Shown here: piece after piece, positions 1 through 13,436 of the stretch
Numbering within the stretch: the first letter of the stretch is position 1
Layout: every line of letters starts with the position of its first letter
Position numbers and translations under genes: made by a program
Source of the DNA: the human T2T-CHM13v2.0 reference genome, Homo sapiens
Strand: one strand, 5' to 3'
NCBI RefSeq assembly: GCF_009914755.1
Contig: NC_060937.1
Length of the DNA stretch: 64,000 nucleotides
Notes under the pieces: model-generated
Seen by the model: the letters and a program-made list of their open reading frames with translations, nothing else
Told to the model about the DNA's origin: nothing
Databases searched by the model: none

Positions 1-34
1 CAAAGATGTTCAACTTTTGCCTATTATGCACTAA

Positions 35-326
<292 letters not shown>

Positions 327-774
327 GGTTATTATTCTTTCATGGCAAATAGAAGATTTGTTTTCTCAAGATATCGCCAAAAGAGAATGAAACACATTTT
401 ATGTAGCTTATTATTTATTTAACATTGCTCTTTATGAGATTACTATGAAATCCTTTAAATATAGAGACTCTACACATTCTCTTATGCTCTAACATTGCCA
501 AGACCGATTTCAGCTCCTTAGATATTAGATTTCCAACTCCTAGCAATTTTTATTTTAGTTCTACCTAAAAATTAATAAGAATCAACTGCCAGAAAAGAGT
601 TTTAGTATATTTTTTAAACTTTGATAAATAAATCATAACTTTTTAGAACTTATTGTGTATTATTTTGCATATCACATTTTGTATTGATAATGGTTGAACA
701 CTTGATGTAAATGCTTAATAGCCAAAGCATAATTTTAGTGCTTAATACTGACATCGTTTCCATGAACAGGCTTA

Positions 775-840
775 TCCGCATTTTACAGATAAGAAAACTG
801 AAGCAGAGTTGTTAATAAACTTACTCCAGGTCACACATTT
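775..840 (-). mobile_element. MIR core fragment
   Basis: cattttacagataagaaaactgaagcagag...aggtcacaca matches the reverse complement of the MIR core. Confidence 0.7.
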
Positions 841-1265
841 TGCCGTGCTGTATGAGAGACTGAGAAGAACTGGTGATGCCAAGTTCCCCTTAAACTATGT
901 AACTGCATCCCCTAAAGACTGAGAGCCACCATTAACCAGGTGTTCCTATCCTTCTGTGAAGAGTTTATTTGCAGTTTCTATTTGGCTGTGACTTTTTCAT
1001 ATCTGGGATTCCTTTGGAAATATACGTCTATTTCCCACATTACACCATTTTGTTTATATTCTATCAAAGATCCAACTCCTGCTTTCTAGATCATGTACCT
1101 GTGTTGTTATTCAAGTTTTTGTTCCTGTTTCTATAGCATGCTCTGTTTTATTTTTATTTCTCTTCCTTCTTTCCCAATTTGTCCACTAGAAGCTGATTTC
1201 TAGATAGAATTAATCAAGCATTTGTTAAAAGTATCAGGTATTTCTAAATTTTTCCTATCTGTGAT

Positions 1266-3652
1266 GAGCCAATGACAAAAACCACATGATTATCTCAATA
1301 GGTGCAGAAAAGACCTTCAATAAAATTCGACACCCTTCATGATAAAAACTCTCAATAAACTAGGTATTGATGGAATGTATCTCAAAATAATAAGAGCTAT
1401 TTATGACAGATCCACAGCCAATATCATACTGAATGGGCAAAAGCTGGAAGCATTCCCTTTAAAACCAGCACAAAACAAAGATGCCCTCTCTCACCACTCC
1501 TAGTCAACATAGTATTGGAAGTTCTGGCCAGGGCAATCAGGCAAGAGAAAGACATAAAGTGTATTAATTTAGAAAGAGAGGAAGTTAAATTGTCTCTGAT
1601 TGCAGATGACATGATTGCATATTTAAAAAACCCCATCATCTCAGCCAAAAATCTCCTTAAGCTGATAAACAACTTCAGCAAAGTCTCAGGATACAAAATC
1701 AATGTGCAAAAATCACAAACATTCCTATACACGAATAACAGACAAACAGAGAGTCAAATCATGAGTGAACTTCCATTTACAATTGCTACTAAGAGAATAA
1801 AATACATAGGAATACAACTTACAAGGGATGTGAAGGACCTCTTCAAGAAGAACTACAAACCACTGCTCAAGGAAATAAGAGAGGACACAAACAAATGGAA
1901 AAACATTCCATGCTCATGGATAGGAAGAATCAATATCTTGAAAATGGCCATACTGCCCAAAGTAATTTATAGATTCAGTGCTATCCCCATCAAGCTACCA
2001 TTGACTTTCTTCAGAGAATTAGAAAAAAGCTATGTTAAATTTCATATGGAACCAAAAAAGAGCCTGCATAACAAAGACAATCCTAAGTAAAAAGAACAAA
2101 GCTGGAGGCATCATGCTACCTGACTTCAAACTATACTACAAGGCTACAGTAACCAAAACAGCATGGCACTGGTACCAAAACAGACATATAGATCAATGAA
2201 ACAGAACAGAGGCCTCAGATATAATGCCACATATCTACAACCATCTGATCTTTGACAAACCTGACAAAAACAAGAAATGGGGAAAGGATTCCCTGTTTAA
2301 TAAATGGTGTTGGGGAAACTGGCTGGCCATATGCAGAAAACCAAAACTGGACCCCTTTCTTACACTTTATGCAAAAATTAACTCAAGGTGGATTAAAAAC
2401 TTAAATGCAAGACCTAACCACAAAAACCCTAGAAGAAAACCTAGACAACACCATTCAGGACATAGGCATGGGCAAAGTCTTCATGACTAAAACACCAAAA
2501 GCAATGATAACAAAAGCCAAAATTGACAGACAGGATCTAATTAGACTAAAGAGCTTCTGCACAGCAAAAGAAACTATCTTTAGAATGAACAGGCAACCTA
2601 CAGAATGAGAGAAAAGTTTTGCAATCTGTCAATCTGACAAACGGCTAATATCCAGAATCTACCCATCTCTAGGATTTATGTTTTCTGGTCTGTTTTCTTA
2701 TGTTTTATGGTTTGTTGTAGAGCTAATATCTGGATTCTGGTTATTAGCCCCGTTTCTATCCAGAAACAAATTTATAAGAAAAAAACAAACAACCCCATCA
2801 AAAAGTGGGCAAAGGAAATGAACAGACACTTCTCAAAAGAAGACATTTATGTGGCCAGCAAACATATGAAAAAAAGCTCATCATCACTACAGAAATGCAA
2901 ATCAAAACCACAATGAGATACCATCTCATGCCAGTTAGAATGATGATCATTAAAAAGTCAGGAAACAACAGATGCTGGAGAGGATGTGGAGAAATAGGAA
3001 CACTTTTACACTATTGGTGGAAGTGTAAATTAGTTCAATCATTGTAGAGGACAGTGTGGCAATTCCTCAAGGATCTAGAACCAGAAATACCATTTTACCC
3101 AGCAATCCCAGTACTGGGTATAAACACAAAGGATTATAAATCATTCTACTATAAAGACACATGTACACGTGTGTTTATTGCAGCACTATTTACAATAGCA
3201 AAGACTTGGAACTAACACAAATGCCCATCAATGATAGACAGGATAAAGAAAATGCGGAACATATACACCATGGAATACTATGCAGCCATAAAAAGGATAA
3301 GTTCATATCCTTTGCAGGGACGTGGATGAAGCTGGTAACCATCATTCTCAGCAAACTAACACAGGAACAGAAAACCAAACACCGTATGTTTTCACTCATT
3401 AGTGGGAGTTGAACAATGAGAACACATGGACACAGGGAGGGGAACATCACACACTGGGGCCTGTTGGGGGGTGGGGGGCTAGAGGAGGAATAGCATTAGG
3501 AGAAATACCTAATGTAGATGATGGGTTGATGGGTGTAGCAAACCACTATGGCATGTGTATACCTATGTAACAAACCTGCACATTCTGCACATGTATCCCA
3601 GAACTTAAAGTATAATTTAAAAAAAAGAAAAGAAAAAAAAGGAAAGGAAAAA
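1266..3652 (+). mobile_element. 5'-truncated LINE-1 (L1PA7-like): ORF2 RT/C-terminal part, 3'UTR and poly(A); inactive
   Basis: ORF fragments 1515-2090, 2224-2490, 2405-2608 and 2805-3047 match L1 ORF2p ([10 protein letters not shown] for the FADD motif, [11 protein letters not shown]); frameshifts and stops; L1PA7-type 3'UTR (aaactaacacaggaacagaaaacc; gtagatgatgggttgatgggtg); A-rich tail; no clear TSD. Confidence 0.97.
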
Positions 3653-3949
3653 AGACACAATCTCAATACCATGTAATAATGTGGTGGTCTATAGTGTTTC
3701 ATGAAAATATTGAGGTTATGTTTCATAAAAGCTCAAACCCTAAAGAAAGGTTCTTGAATAAGCATCTTGATAGCTTAGATCTGACCTGCAAGTAGTGATT
3801 AAAGCTACAGCAAATCATAAAATAAAGGTGTTTCAAGAGGAAAAAAATTAGCACATGCAAAAGATTACCAATAGGATGAAATGATATCTTTCAGGAAATT
3901 ACAAGTAATTCAGTATGAATAACACCAACAAGACATAGGATTGGAAAAT

Positions 3950-4420
3950 TGATACAGTTTGCACATTTGTTCCCTCCAAATTTCATATTGTGATTTGATC
4001 CTAGCGTAGCTGAGACCTAGTGGAAGGTATGCAGTGATGAGCGGTTATGCGAGAGTTGTTTAGAAGAGCTTGGCACCCGTCCTCTCTCTTTTTTTTTTGA
4101 GATGAAGTCTCGCTGTCACCTAGGCTGTAGGGCAGTTGCGTGAGCTTGGCTCACTGCAACCTCCACCTCCCAGGTTCAAGTGATTCTCATGCCTCAACCT
4201 CCCGAGTAGCTGGGACTACAGGCACGTGCCACCACACCTGGTTAATTTTTGTATTTTTAGTAGAGATGACATTTTGCCATGTTGTCCATGGTGGCTTCTA
4301 ACTCCTGAGCTCAGGCTATTTGTCTGCCTTGGCCTTCCCAAGTACTGGGATTACAGGCATGAGCTACCATGTCCAGCCCACTCCTCTCTCTCGTCCCTTC
4401 CTTTCACCATGTGACACACA
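3950..4420 (+). mobile_element. MST-family MaLR LTR fragment, split by an Alu
   Basis: Starts tgatacagtttgcacatttgttccctccaaatttcatattg; resumes after the Alu with ctctctcgtcccttcctttcaccatgtga. Confidence 0.7.
4089..4378 (-). mobile_element. Alu SINE (old AluS/J)
   Basis: Reverse-complement Alu dimer; tcctctctct on both flanks as a probable TSD. Confidence 0.96.
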
Positions 4421-4921
4421 GGATCCCTTAAGTGTGAAGATATCTAAATCAGGAAACAGACAAAAATATTGCAGTATTGTGTATTAGAAATTATGGATTC
4501 CTGACATGGGGAAATAATAGTGAAAATGAAATAGATAGTTTTGAAATATTGTTGACTGGATATGAGAGAGGGAGGAGTCAAGGGTCACTCCCATATTTCT
4601 GCCTTGGAGATTCATTCGATAGCTACTTGTTTCACCATGAGAATACAGGGGAATACTCAGGTTGTGGTGGATAGACATGAGAAGCAATGAGTTCAGTTTC
4701 ATAAGTTCTGAGTTACAGGCACTTGTGAGCTGTCCTAATATATTACCGGTGAGACTAAATTGAATGAAAGCAACATTCTGACATGAAAATTATATTTGTA
4801 AGCCACACACATACAGATAATATGTGAAGTTATCAGAGTATTAGAGTAGGACCCAACAAACATCAATATTTAAGAGGTAAGTGAAGGAAGAGAGAGAGAA
4901 AAAGAAGTAGTCACCGCAGCC

Positions 4922-5192
4922 CATTGGTTCTCAATCAGTAAAAAGAGGGCAATATTGCACTCCATGGAATCTTTTTAAATGTCTGGAATCACTGTCAATG
5001 TCTGGAATCATTTTTTAAATTTTCATGACTCAAGCAAGGGGCACAGATGAAGCATACTACTGAAATCTAAGGGATAGAGGCCAGAAATGGGTCAAGAATG
5101 CTGCTAAACATCCTGCAGTGCACAGCACAACACCCAACAACAAAGAAGCATGTAGTCCAAAGTGTCAATAGTTCTAAAGCTGAGAAACTCTG
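4922..5192 (+). mobile_element. MER20 hAT-Charlie DNA transposon
   Basis: cattggttctcaa...aatgtctgga...gatagaggccag...tgctgctaaacatcctgcagtgcacag...gtcaatagt...gagaaactctg follows the MER20 consensus end to end, with a small internal tandem duplication (aatgtctggaatca x2). Confidence 0.88.
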
Positions 5193-5660
5193 ACATAGAA
5201 AAAGAAAAAATAATGAGGACCATATCATATCTGCAAGAAAAGGAAAGACACTATTTGGAAAAGCAGAGGAGAGATATAAGCAGAATTTTTCCTGAACTGT
5301 GTCCACTGGGGCTAATAGTTTTAATGGATTAGTTAGAGCATCAGATGGCAGGAGACAGAAACATAAAGGGATTGCTGGAAAATGAAAAAGAGTTTTCCCA
5401 GAAGTTTGACTGTGAAAGAGCAAGGGATGGGATGATGATGGAGAGAAAAATTACAATTATAGGAAGGAAAAGAGCTCAAAATAAATTTAAATATATCTGG
5501 GAGACTTATAAAAGCCAAATATTAATGGAAATAAGTTAGGAGACAGAAAAAAATAGAAACAGAATGGTCATTTGATAGAACAAGAAATGCAGTCAAAAGA
5601 TAGAAATGTATAGATTATAGATAATGAACGGAGCAATGGGAAGTGGGATCATACCTACAA

Positions 5661-5990
<330 letters not shown>

Positions 5991-6125
5991 CTACAAGACT
6001 AGAGAAATACCATTTATATTTGAGGAAATAATAATTATGAACTCGGCTATTGTATAGCATTGTTACAGTTAACTAAGGCAGTACTTGTCTTTGTGAATTT
6101 GTAGATAAAGTCATCTACTGAAAAC

Positions 6126-6127
<2 letters not shown>

Positions 6128-6165
<38 letters not shown>
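6128..6165. repeat. (TG)19 microsatellite
   Basis: Direct reading. Confidence 0.98.
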
Positions 6166-6166
<1 letters not shown>

Positions 6167-8789
6167 ATGCATACATGTATGTAATAAAACAGGAAATTTG
6201 ATTATAGGGGAATGGATACAATATTCATCCTAGACAATGAGGGAGGGATCTGACCAGGGGAACAAAGGAGAATTGTGCATAACAGTGGTAATAAAGCTGC
6301 CGAAGAATAAGTGAAATTCTGAGCGTAGAGGCTGCTTCACATGTTTAACTTGCAACTTCTACTAAAGTCATCTGTGCATAATATTGTCTGTCTTTATGCA
6401 TCCTCCTCCTCCTCACACTCCACTCCTCTCTTGCATTGTTTTCTGAAAGTTCATCTTTTTACCCAGCGCTGGTGAATATCAGTATTGGAAGGGAAGGACT
6501 AGAACAATGTAATAAACTATTTCCATGAACATGGAACTATGATTAATAAATCATAGTTTACTGCTGAATCTCTGAAAGCAGTTGAATGTTAGCCATCCCT
6601 ATAGATTTTCATTAATATTTCTGCAGAATTTCAATATAAAGCAATCATCCCATTTCATATGGACAATCCGCATTTCGAATGAGCCTAAAGATTTGAAGCT
6701 TCTGAGTAGAGTTTAACACACGTTCTCCTTATCTGAAAATACTGTTAGAAATGTTATTTGGATTATAAGCAGAGCTTTCATTTGTGGAGCCCGTGGCAGT
6801 CTGTGCCATAAATATGCACATATCTTTGCCTCAGCAAGACTTTTCTAAGTACATTTCATGGTACTTTTTATATGCATTGGATTTGATTTGTTTTAGGGCA
6901 TAATATAAATTCTCTGCTGTGATACATGATAAAGAAAACAGTTTTTAAGAAATCCGTGTTGGTTATGAGGCTATATGCACCATCGAGCCTCATGATTTAT
7001 TAACTGCCTAAATAATCCCTTATCATTATTTTTTGGTTTTATACATAACCACTCATCAGGTACTCAGCACTGTATCTACCTTTCTCTGCAGTGTCTGAGT
7101 CCATGCATTTGCCCTCAGTTACTTTCGTGAATTCTTCTGGAAGATAATGATAGCATTTCAAATTCCATACCACTAGCCACATTCCACACCACAGAATATA
7201 AATGTGTATGAGGTGGTGGTTTCATTATCTTAGGGTCAGTAGAATTTCAAGAGCTTTAAAATTACCTCTATCATTGATGCAAGTGTCAGCTTAGTTTTAA
7301 TAAATCTTTAGAAACAGCCACAAGTTACTTCTAGGACATCCTCCTATTTCCAGAAATACATCATTCAGCTGCCAAATCTACTATCAGTGTCTTGCTAAAG
7401 AATTTCCACTATTAAATGCAATGCTACTCTTCTGGTGTATGCAACTGCTTTTTGATAACTTAAAATATTATTAACCCAAAGTTTCCTCAGGCTCAATCCA
7501 CATTTATTCTACTAATACAAAAACAGATAAAGAGAATATAGTACAAGCAAAACAGAAGAAAGAATAGACAAATGCATATGTCATAAACAACATTTATATT
7601 TGATGGTACAATTTCACTGCCTGTTGTTGGAATCCCATTACTAAATGTGTGCACAATTAAAACCCAGGCATTTGGCAAGGTGACTTTTTTAGAATAAATT
7701 AGAGTTGACAAGTAGTGGATTCAGCCAACCAGTGAGTATAATGTAAAATTTCCCATAATATGTGGCCAAATTCAGATGTTTCCTTTTTAATTTCCAATAA
7801 ACTTGACCATATGTTCCACTTGCAAAAAAGCTAAATTATGAGGATATGCTTTTGCTTTTCTTTTTTTTTGTAAACTACTACTTTAAAGTTGATGACTTTT
7901 TTTTAGAGTGAACTACGCATCATTCTCAAAAGATAATGTGATATTTAAAAGACAAAATAGCTTCTTTGTGTATTAGAAAGTAAACAGCTTTTGAAAAAGT
8001 TATAAGCACAGCAGGATACCCATCTCATTCCATAAATATCTATCATGTGACCACTTTCAATTGCATAGCACTTTATATAAAGTTTGTCCTAATATTCCTA
8101 TTCCAAAATCAGAAACTCAGCATGGGAGTTATATTTAAAGGAAAGGTGAAGTGAAGGAAGTTTGGTTAAACTTGAGAATTTTTCTTACAGAAATATGCAT
8201 ATATCATAATACTAATTTGCTATTAAATATTAAAATATTTAAGCTCTTTAATAATTTGAATTCTGATTTTTCCTATAGTATGGGATTTAAAAACATTAAT
8301 TTAGACAAAAAGAATATTAATGAGTTTGGAAACAAAAATATCAAAATGCAAATAAATATAATAAAATACTTACTAGCTATAAAGTTGATGCTGGCAATGT
8401 GACCCAGATGGGCACCGGCAATGAGATCATAATACTGAAACTCAGAGTTGAACCATCATATCTACCCAATCACAGGTAATACTAGACAACCACAGGCTTT
8501 CCTGTGTTATTTCTGTATAACTTCACCACTGTATAACTTCACTCTGAAGCAACAGACCAGAAAACATAAATCCTAGAGAAAGCTGGATTACAAAATCAAA
8601 GAAAATAAGACATGGCTGAGCTGCAAACCTCTAGGAACCTGACTACAGCTCCTCAAACAGAATGAACAAAGGTATGGAGAGAGTCCAGAAGTGTAAGATT
8701 AATAAATGTCCCTTCAAATAGAAGGAAACATCAAGAGTGAGGAATAAGTGACCCTACTACTCCCCTAGAAGCGGTTTTAAATTAGCAAG

Positions 8790-10240
8790 TTATAGACATT
8801 TTCTTTTATAATATTTTGACTTCTTATTTGTTTAATATATTTTTGTCATATTTTGTGACTTTTATTTGCTATGTCTTCTTTTTGTTTCTTTAATTGTCTT
8901 TTAGTTGGTTTGGTCAAGTTTTTTGTCATTTCTTTTATTTTATTCTCTTGGATAGAAATTATAAACTTCGTATTTATTATTTTAGTGGCACCTATTAATA
9001 TATAAATTTATATTTTCTAACATTACCTAATCTGAAAATTATCTGTAGCCTCCTCTCAAACTATGTAAGGTCTTTATCACACATCTTATTAGATGCCCCT
9101 TAACATTCCTTGTTACTGTCTTAGTTTATTTTCATCTTAATTTTTAAATGCACCCCAAAATTAATGTTAATATCATTCCCATTATTAATTGTATTAAACA
9201 CACTCCATAATTACTGTTAATGTGAATCAATTATTTATGATAAAACTTACTTTGATATACCATCATCTTTTACTGATTTCTGCTTTGCATACACACTCTC
9301 TTTTTTTTCCGTCCACTTCCTATTCCTCTTTTATTTTATTTCTGTCCAGCTGAAGGACATAGCGTGTTTGACATTGAGGTTCTGGGAACTATAAAATGTA
9401 CAAATTATTATTATTCTAAATATAATCTTTATTTCATCCTTATAATTTGGTTACATATGATTTTTCTAAGGATCTTTTCAGCAAGCTTAAGGTACTTTTC
9501 AAGTTTCTTCTGTTAACGGTAGTGGCTAAGGCTGTGTCTCCTAGTAATTCATTCTTTGTTGATACTCATGTTTTTTTTCTATTACTTTTAGGATTTTCCT
9601 CTTATCCTTTATGTATTTTTTTCATTGTGATTTGGCCAGGTATGAATTTACACATATCATTATTACTAGCACAAGGAGGAACTATTTAATCTGATAGCTC
9701 ATACCTTATCTCTGGAAATTTATCAGCATTAATTATTTTAATATTGTCTGTCATCCAATCTTTCTCTGTACTTCTTGTGGATCAAATGCTACTAGAATAT
9801 TGGAGCTTCATATTTCATCTTAAATGGACAGCTCTTAAATGTTCTTTCCTATTGTGATTTTCTTAAAAAAAATCTGACTGTGATATATTTTAATATTTCT
9901 CCTTTTTCTTCTAGTTTACAGTTCCCTCTATAATAGTGCCTAGTGAAATATTTAACTAATCATTTGGGGATTTTTTCCCTAATGATTAAAATTTTAATCT
10001 TTGTGATTTTTTAATTTTTATCTTATTCTCTTAGCTCTCTTTTTCGGTTCATAATTTAGTAATCTTGTTTATGAGATTTGTTCTGTCATTTTTTCTGGGA
10101 ATATTTAAACACATTTTAAAGGTTCTGTTGAAGATGGGAATCCTGCACATTGTTTTCTGTGTAGAGTATCTTTCATGGCATTGGTCTTCCTCATATATTT
10201 TATAATTCTTGTCCATGGCATTATTTCATAGAAATTTTTC
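8790..10240 (-). mobile_element. Highly decayed old L1M relic
   Basis: T-rich antisense-L1-like composition and phrases (tctggaaatttatcagcattaattattttaatattgtc). Confidence 0.45.
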
Positions 10241-10629
10241 CCAGTTATTGTTCAAATTACCTGTGAATTAGTACTTCTATCCTGGGTTGGGACTTATACT
10301 ACAGTGTAATGTGCTGTTTTGAAGTCTAATATTTACAAACTTGGAAATAGGCATGTTAATGTAAATGTGGGCTTTCAGCATGGCTAGATATCAAATGTTT
10401 GGTCCTAGCACCACATACACCTGACCTTATTTAAAAAGTATATAGATATAATTTTAATCTTGCTTGTTCCCTGAGTAAGCTGATTCATTTCTAATCTAAA
10501 TGTAAGCAATAAATCAAGTTTAATCTAAATAAATATTTCAATTGCAAGATATATATTATTCCAGAATATATATAATATTTTATATATATACTATAAATAT
10601 ATATATATATAAAATAAATATAGTGTCCA

Positions 10630-11490
10630 GATGTGGATAAAAAGAACAATTAAGGGGCACTTTTCCTACAAGTTTAAAAGCTACATAATTGAGGCAATAT
10701 GCAATGGGCACAGTAATGCACAGATAAGTAAACCCCTACAATATGTAGAATCTAGAAACTTAATTGTGTATAATGAGAATTTAATATATAGTGAGTGTCA
10801 CATTTTGAATTTGAGGGAAAGTATGGGTAATTTAATTAATGCTATTGATACACATGCTTATCTCTGGGGGAAAAGAAGCAAATGTTTATACCTCATAATA
10901 TCTCACATTACATCTTAAAATGTTCCAAACAGCAAAACTTTCTTAAAAAGCTACTGTTCTATGTTATACCTGGACAATGAAATATTATTCAGAGATATTA
11001 ACCCACGAAAAGACAAGAAGGAGCATTAAATGCACATCACTAAGTGAAAGAAGCCAATCTAAAAAGGCTACATACTGTTTGATTTCAATTATATGACATT
11101 CTAGGAAGGGCAAAACTGCGAAGACAGTAAAAAGATCAGTGGTTGCCAGGGATTGCAGGTGTGATAAGGGGAGGGGCAGGAAAGTGGGTAGAGTACAGAA
11201 GCTTGTAAGGCAGTATTATGTGTAATACTATAATGGTGGATAATTGTCATTATAAATTTGTCTGAACCCATACAACAGCAAGAGTGGAGTCTAATGTAAA
11301 TTATGAACTTTGGGTGATGATGATGTGTAAATGTAGCTTCAACAATTATAACAAATGGGCTGCTCTGGGGGTGGAAGTTGATAATGGGAGACACTATGCA
11401 AATGTGGAGGAAGGAAGTATCTGGGAACTCTGTACTTTCTGCTCATTTTTTTTCTGGAACTTAAAATGGCTCTTAAAAATTCTTTTAAAA
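10630..11490 (+). mobile_element. Old L1M fragments including an L1MC-type 3' end
   Basis: ctaagtgaaagaagccaatctaaaaaggctacatactg...aaaagatcagtggttgccaggg...gggaactctgtactttctgctca is a typical L1MC 3'UTR. Confidence 0.8.
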
Positions 11491-11552
11491 AATATAACTA
11501 CAGTTTCAAAAATCTGTGTAAATAGTTGAAGAAAATGCAAGAGTGAGTGAAC

Positions 11553-11987
11553 TTGTGGCAAAAGATGCTGGTGCCCTACCCAGAGGGGATGACTTCTTGT
11601 ACTGCCTGCTGCTGCTAATGGCTCACGTCTGCAGCCTTCTCTAAAGAATTACCCTTCTTTGTGGAACGGTGTCAGTTGACCAGGAATTCCTTGGATTTAT
11701 GCCCCTTCCCCAGCTGAGGGGCTAGAAACCAAACACCGATGTTGGAGTACAAAGGCTCTACTCACGTGTTTCAAAACAGGAAAGATTTTTGGTGTAATTT
11801 ATATTTCAGAGCTCTATATGGGACGAAGTAAGCATCATCTGAAGCCACTTCTTACTCAGTTTCTCCCCTGTCCCTATCCTGTTTCTGTCATCTGCTTAGA
11901 AGTTTCCTTCAGAGAGATCTTAATAAATCACTTGTACTAGAAACCCTCTTTCGAATTCTGCCTCTAGATGATTGGAATTAAAGAGCA
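11553..11987 (+). mobile_element. LTR16-family (ERVL) solo LTR
   Basis: tgtggc...gatgctggtgccctaccca start; end ttaataaatcacttgtactagaaaccctctttcgaattctgcctctag resembles the LTR16 3' end. Confidence 0.7.
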
Positions 11988-12441
11988 AATTTATAAAGTT
12001 GAATGAAAGGAATTTCAAAAAACTCCAAAGACATAAATAAAATGATCACTTACTTGAACAGGAAATAATTAATTGGTATGAGAAAAGACAATAAATGAAC
12101 CAGAGTAGTATGTGCTGAAAAAATTTGCAATATATTTTACAGGTACATTATTAATATATAATGTTTACAAAGTTGGAAGAAAGGAGACTCTCCTGCAATT
12201 TTGTAGTAATTTTAATTAGCAATATTTTTGAAACAATTAGGAAAGCTATTAATGTATAAAAGAAAATCTATTAAATAAAAGCTAGACCTATAGGAATATA
12301 AAAATTTCACACATAGAGATATTTTCATGAATGCACAATTATGTATTCAAAGATATATACTCTATCTCTGTTTGTAATAGAAAAATAAATATAAAGAAAT
12401 AAAAATAAAATATATAAATATATATATAATATATACATAAA

Positions 12442-12647
12442 ATTCAAGCAATTCTCCTGTCTCAACCTCCTGAGTAGCTGGGACTACAAGTGCATGCCAT
12501 CACACCCAGCTAATTTTTGTATTTTTAGTAGAGACGAGGTTTTGCCACATTGGTAGGGGTAATCTCGAACTCCTGACCTCAGGTGATCCACCCACCTTGG
12601 CCTCCCAAAGTGCTGCGATTACAGGCATAAGCCACCGCACCCGACCT
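12442..12647 (-). mobile_element. Partial Alu (3' part of right arm missing), abutting an AT-rich tract
   Basis: ttcaagcaattctcctgtctcaacctcc...gccaccgcacccgacc. Confidence 0.95.
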
Positions 12648-12982
12648 ACATTATGCATTTTAAATATCTAAAAGGATATACGCTAAGCTGCTAGCAGTGA
12701 TTATCTCTATTGGCATGGATTTAAGAGGGTAAACTTTTAATTATTTTAAGAAAAATTTTCTACATTAATTCATGTGCTAGAAGTTTGAGAAATAATTAAG
12801 TTTTTGACTGTCACTACAGTGTTTTTTCTAATACACTATGAGTCACATACTGTTTTGATAGAGTATAAGGGCTAAGCATTTATATAAATTATAAAGGCCA
12901 TAACAGAATATGTATTATATATTTATATATTATATGTAATTTCCATACAAATAAGAATAAAGAACGTATATATCATTACTAA

Positions 12983-13283
<301 letters not shown>

Positions 13284-13436
13284 TAAATTTATAACATGTC
13301 GTTATTATAATACCATAAAATATATTCATTATTGTAGTTATTTATTGGCCTCCGAAACAAGATTTTCTATAATTTTGACAATTCATATCTATTAGATTTA
13401 TATTCCCTTTCTATAACCCAACCTTATCATTTTATC

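Larger units (their letters stand above)
3730..4915 (-). mobile_element. L2 LINE relic interrupted by an MST LTR and an Alu
   Basis: gagagggaggagtcaagggtcactcccatatttctgccttgg and atgagttcagtttc resemble the reverse complement of L2. Confidence 0.65.

Noticed and set aside
1515-3047. ORFs with reverse-transcriptase motifs as a functional gene
   Set aside because: Fragments of a 5'-truncated L1 ORF2 broken by stops, frameshifts and an insertion
6962-6996. Small hairpin atgaggct...agcctcat as a possible ncRNA
   Set aside because: The stem is only ~8-11 bp, expected by chance; no miRNA, tRNA or snoRNA features
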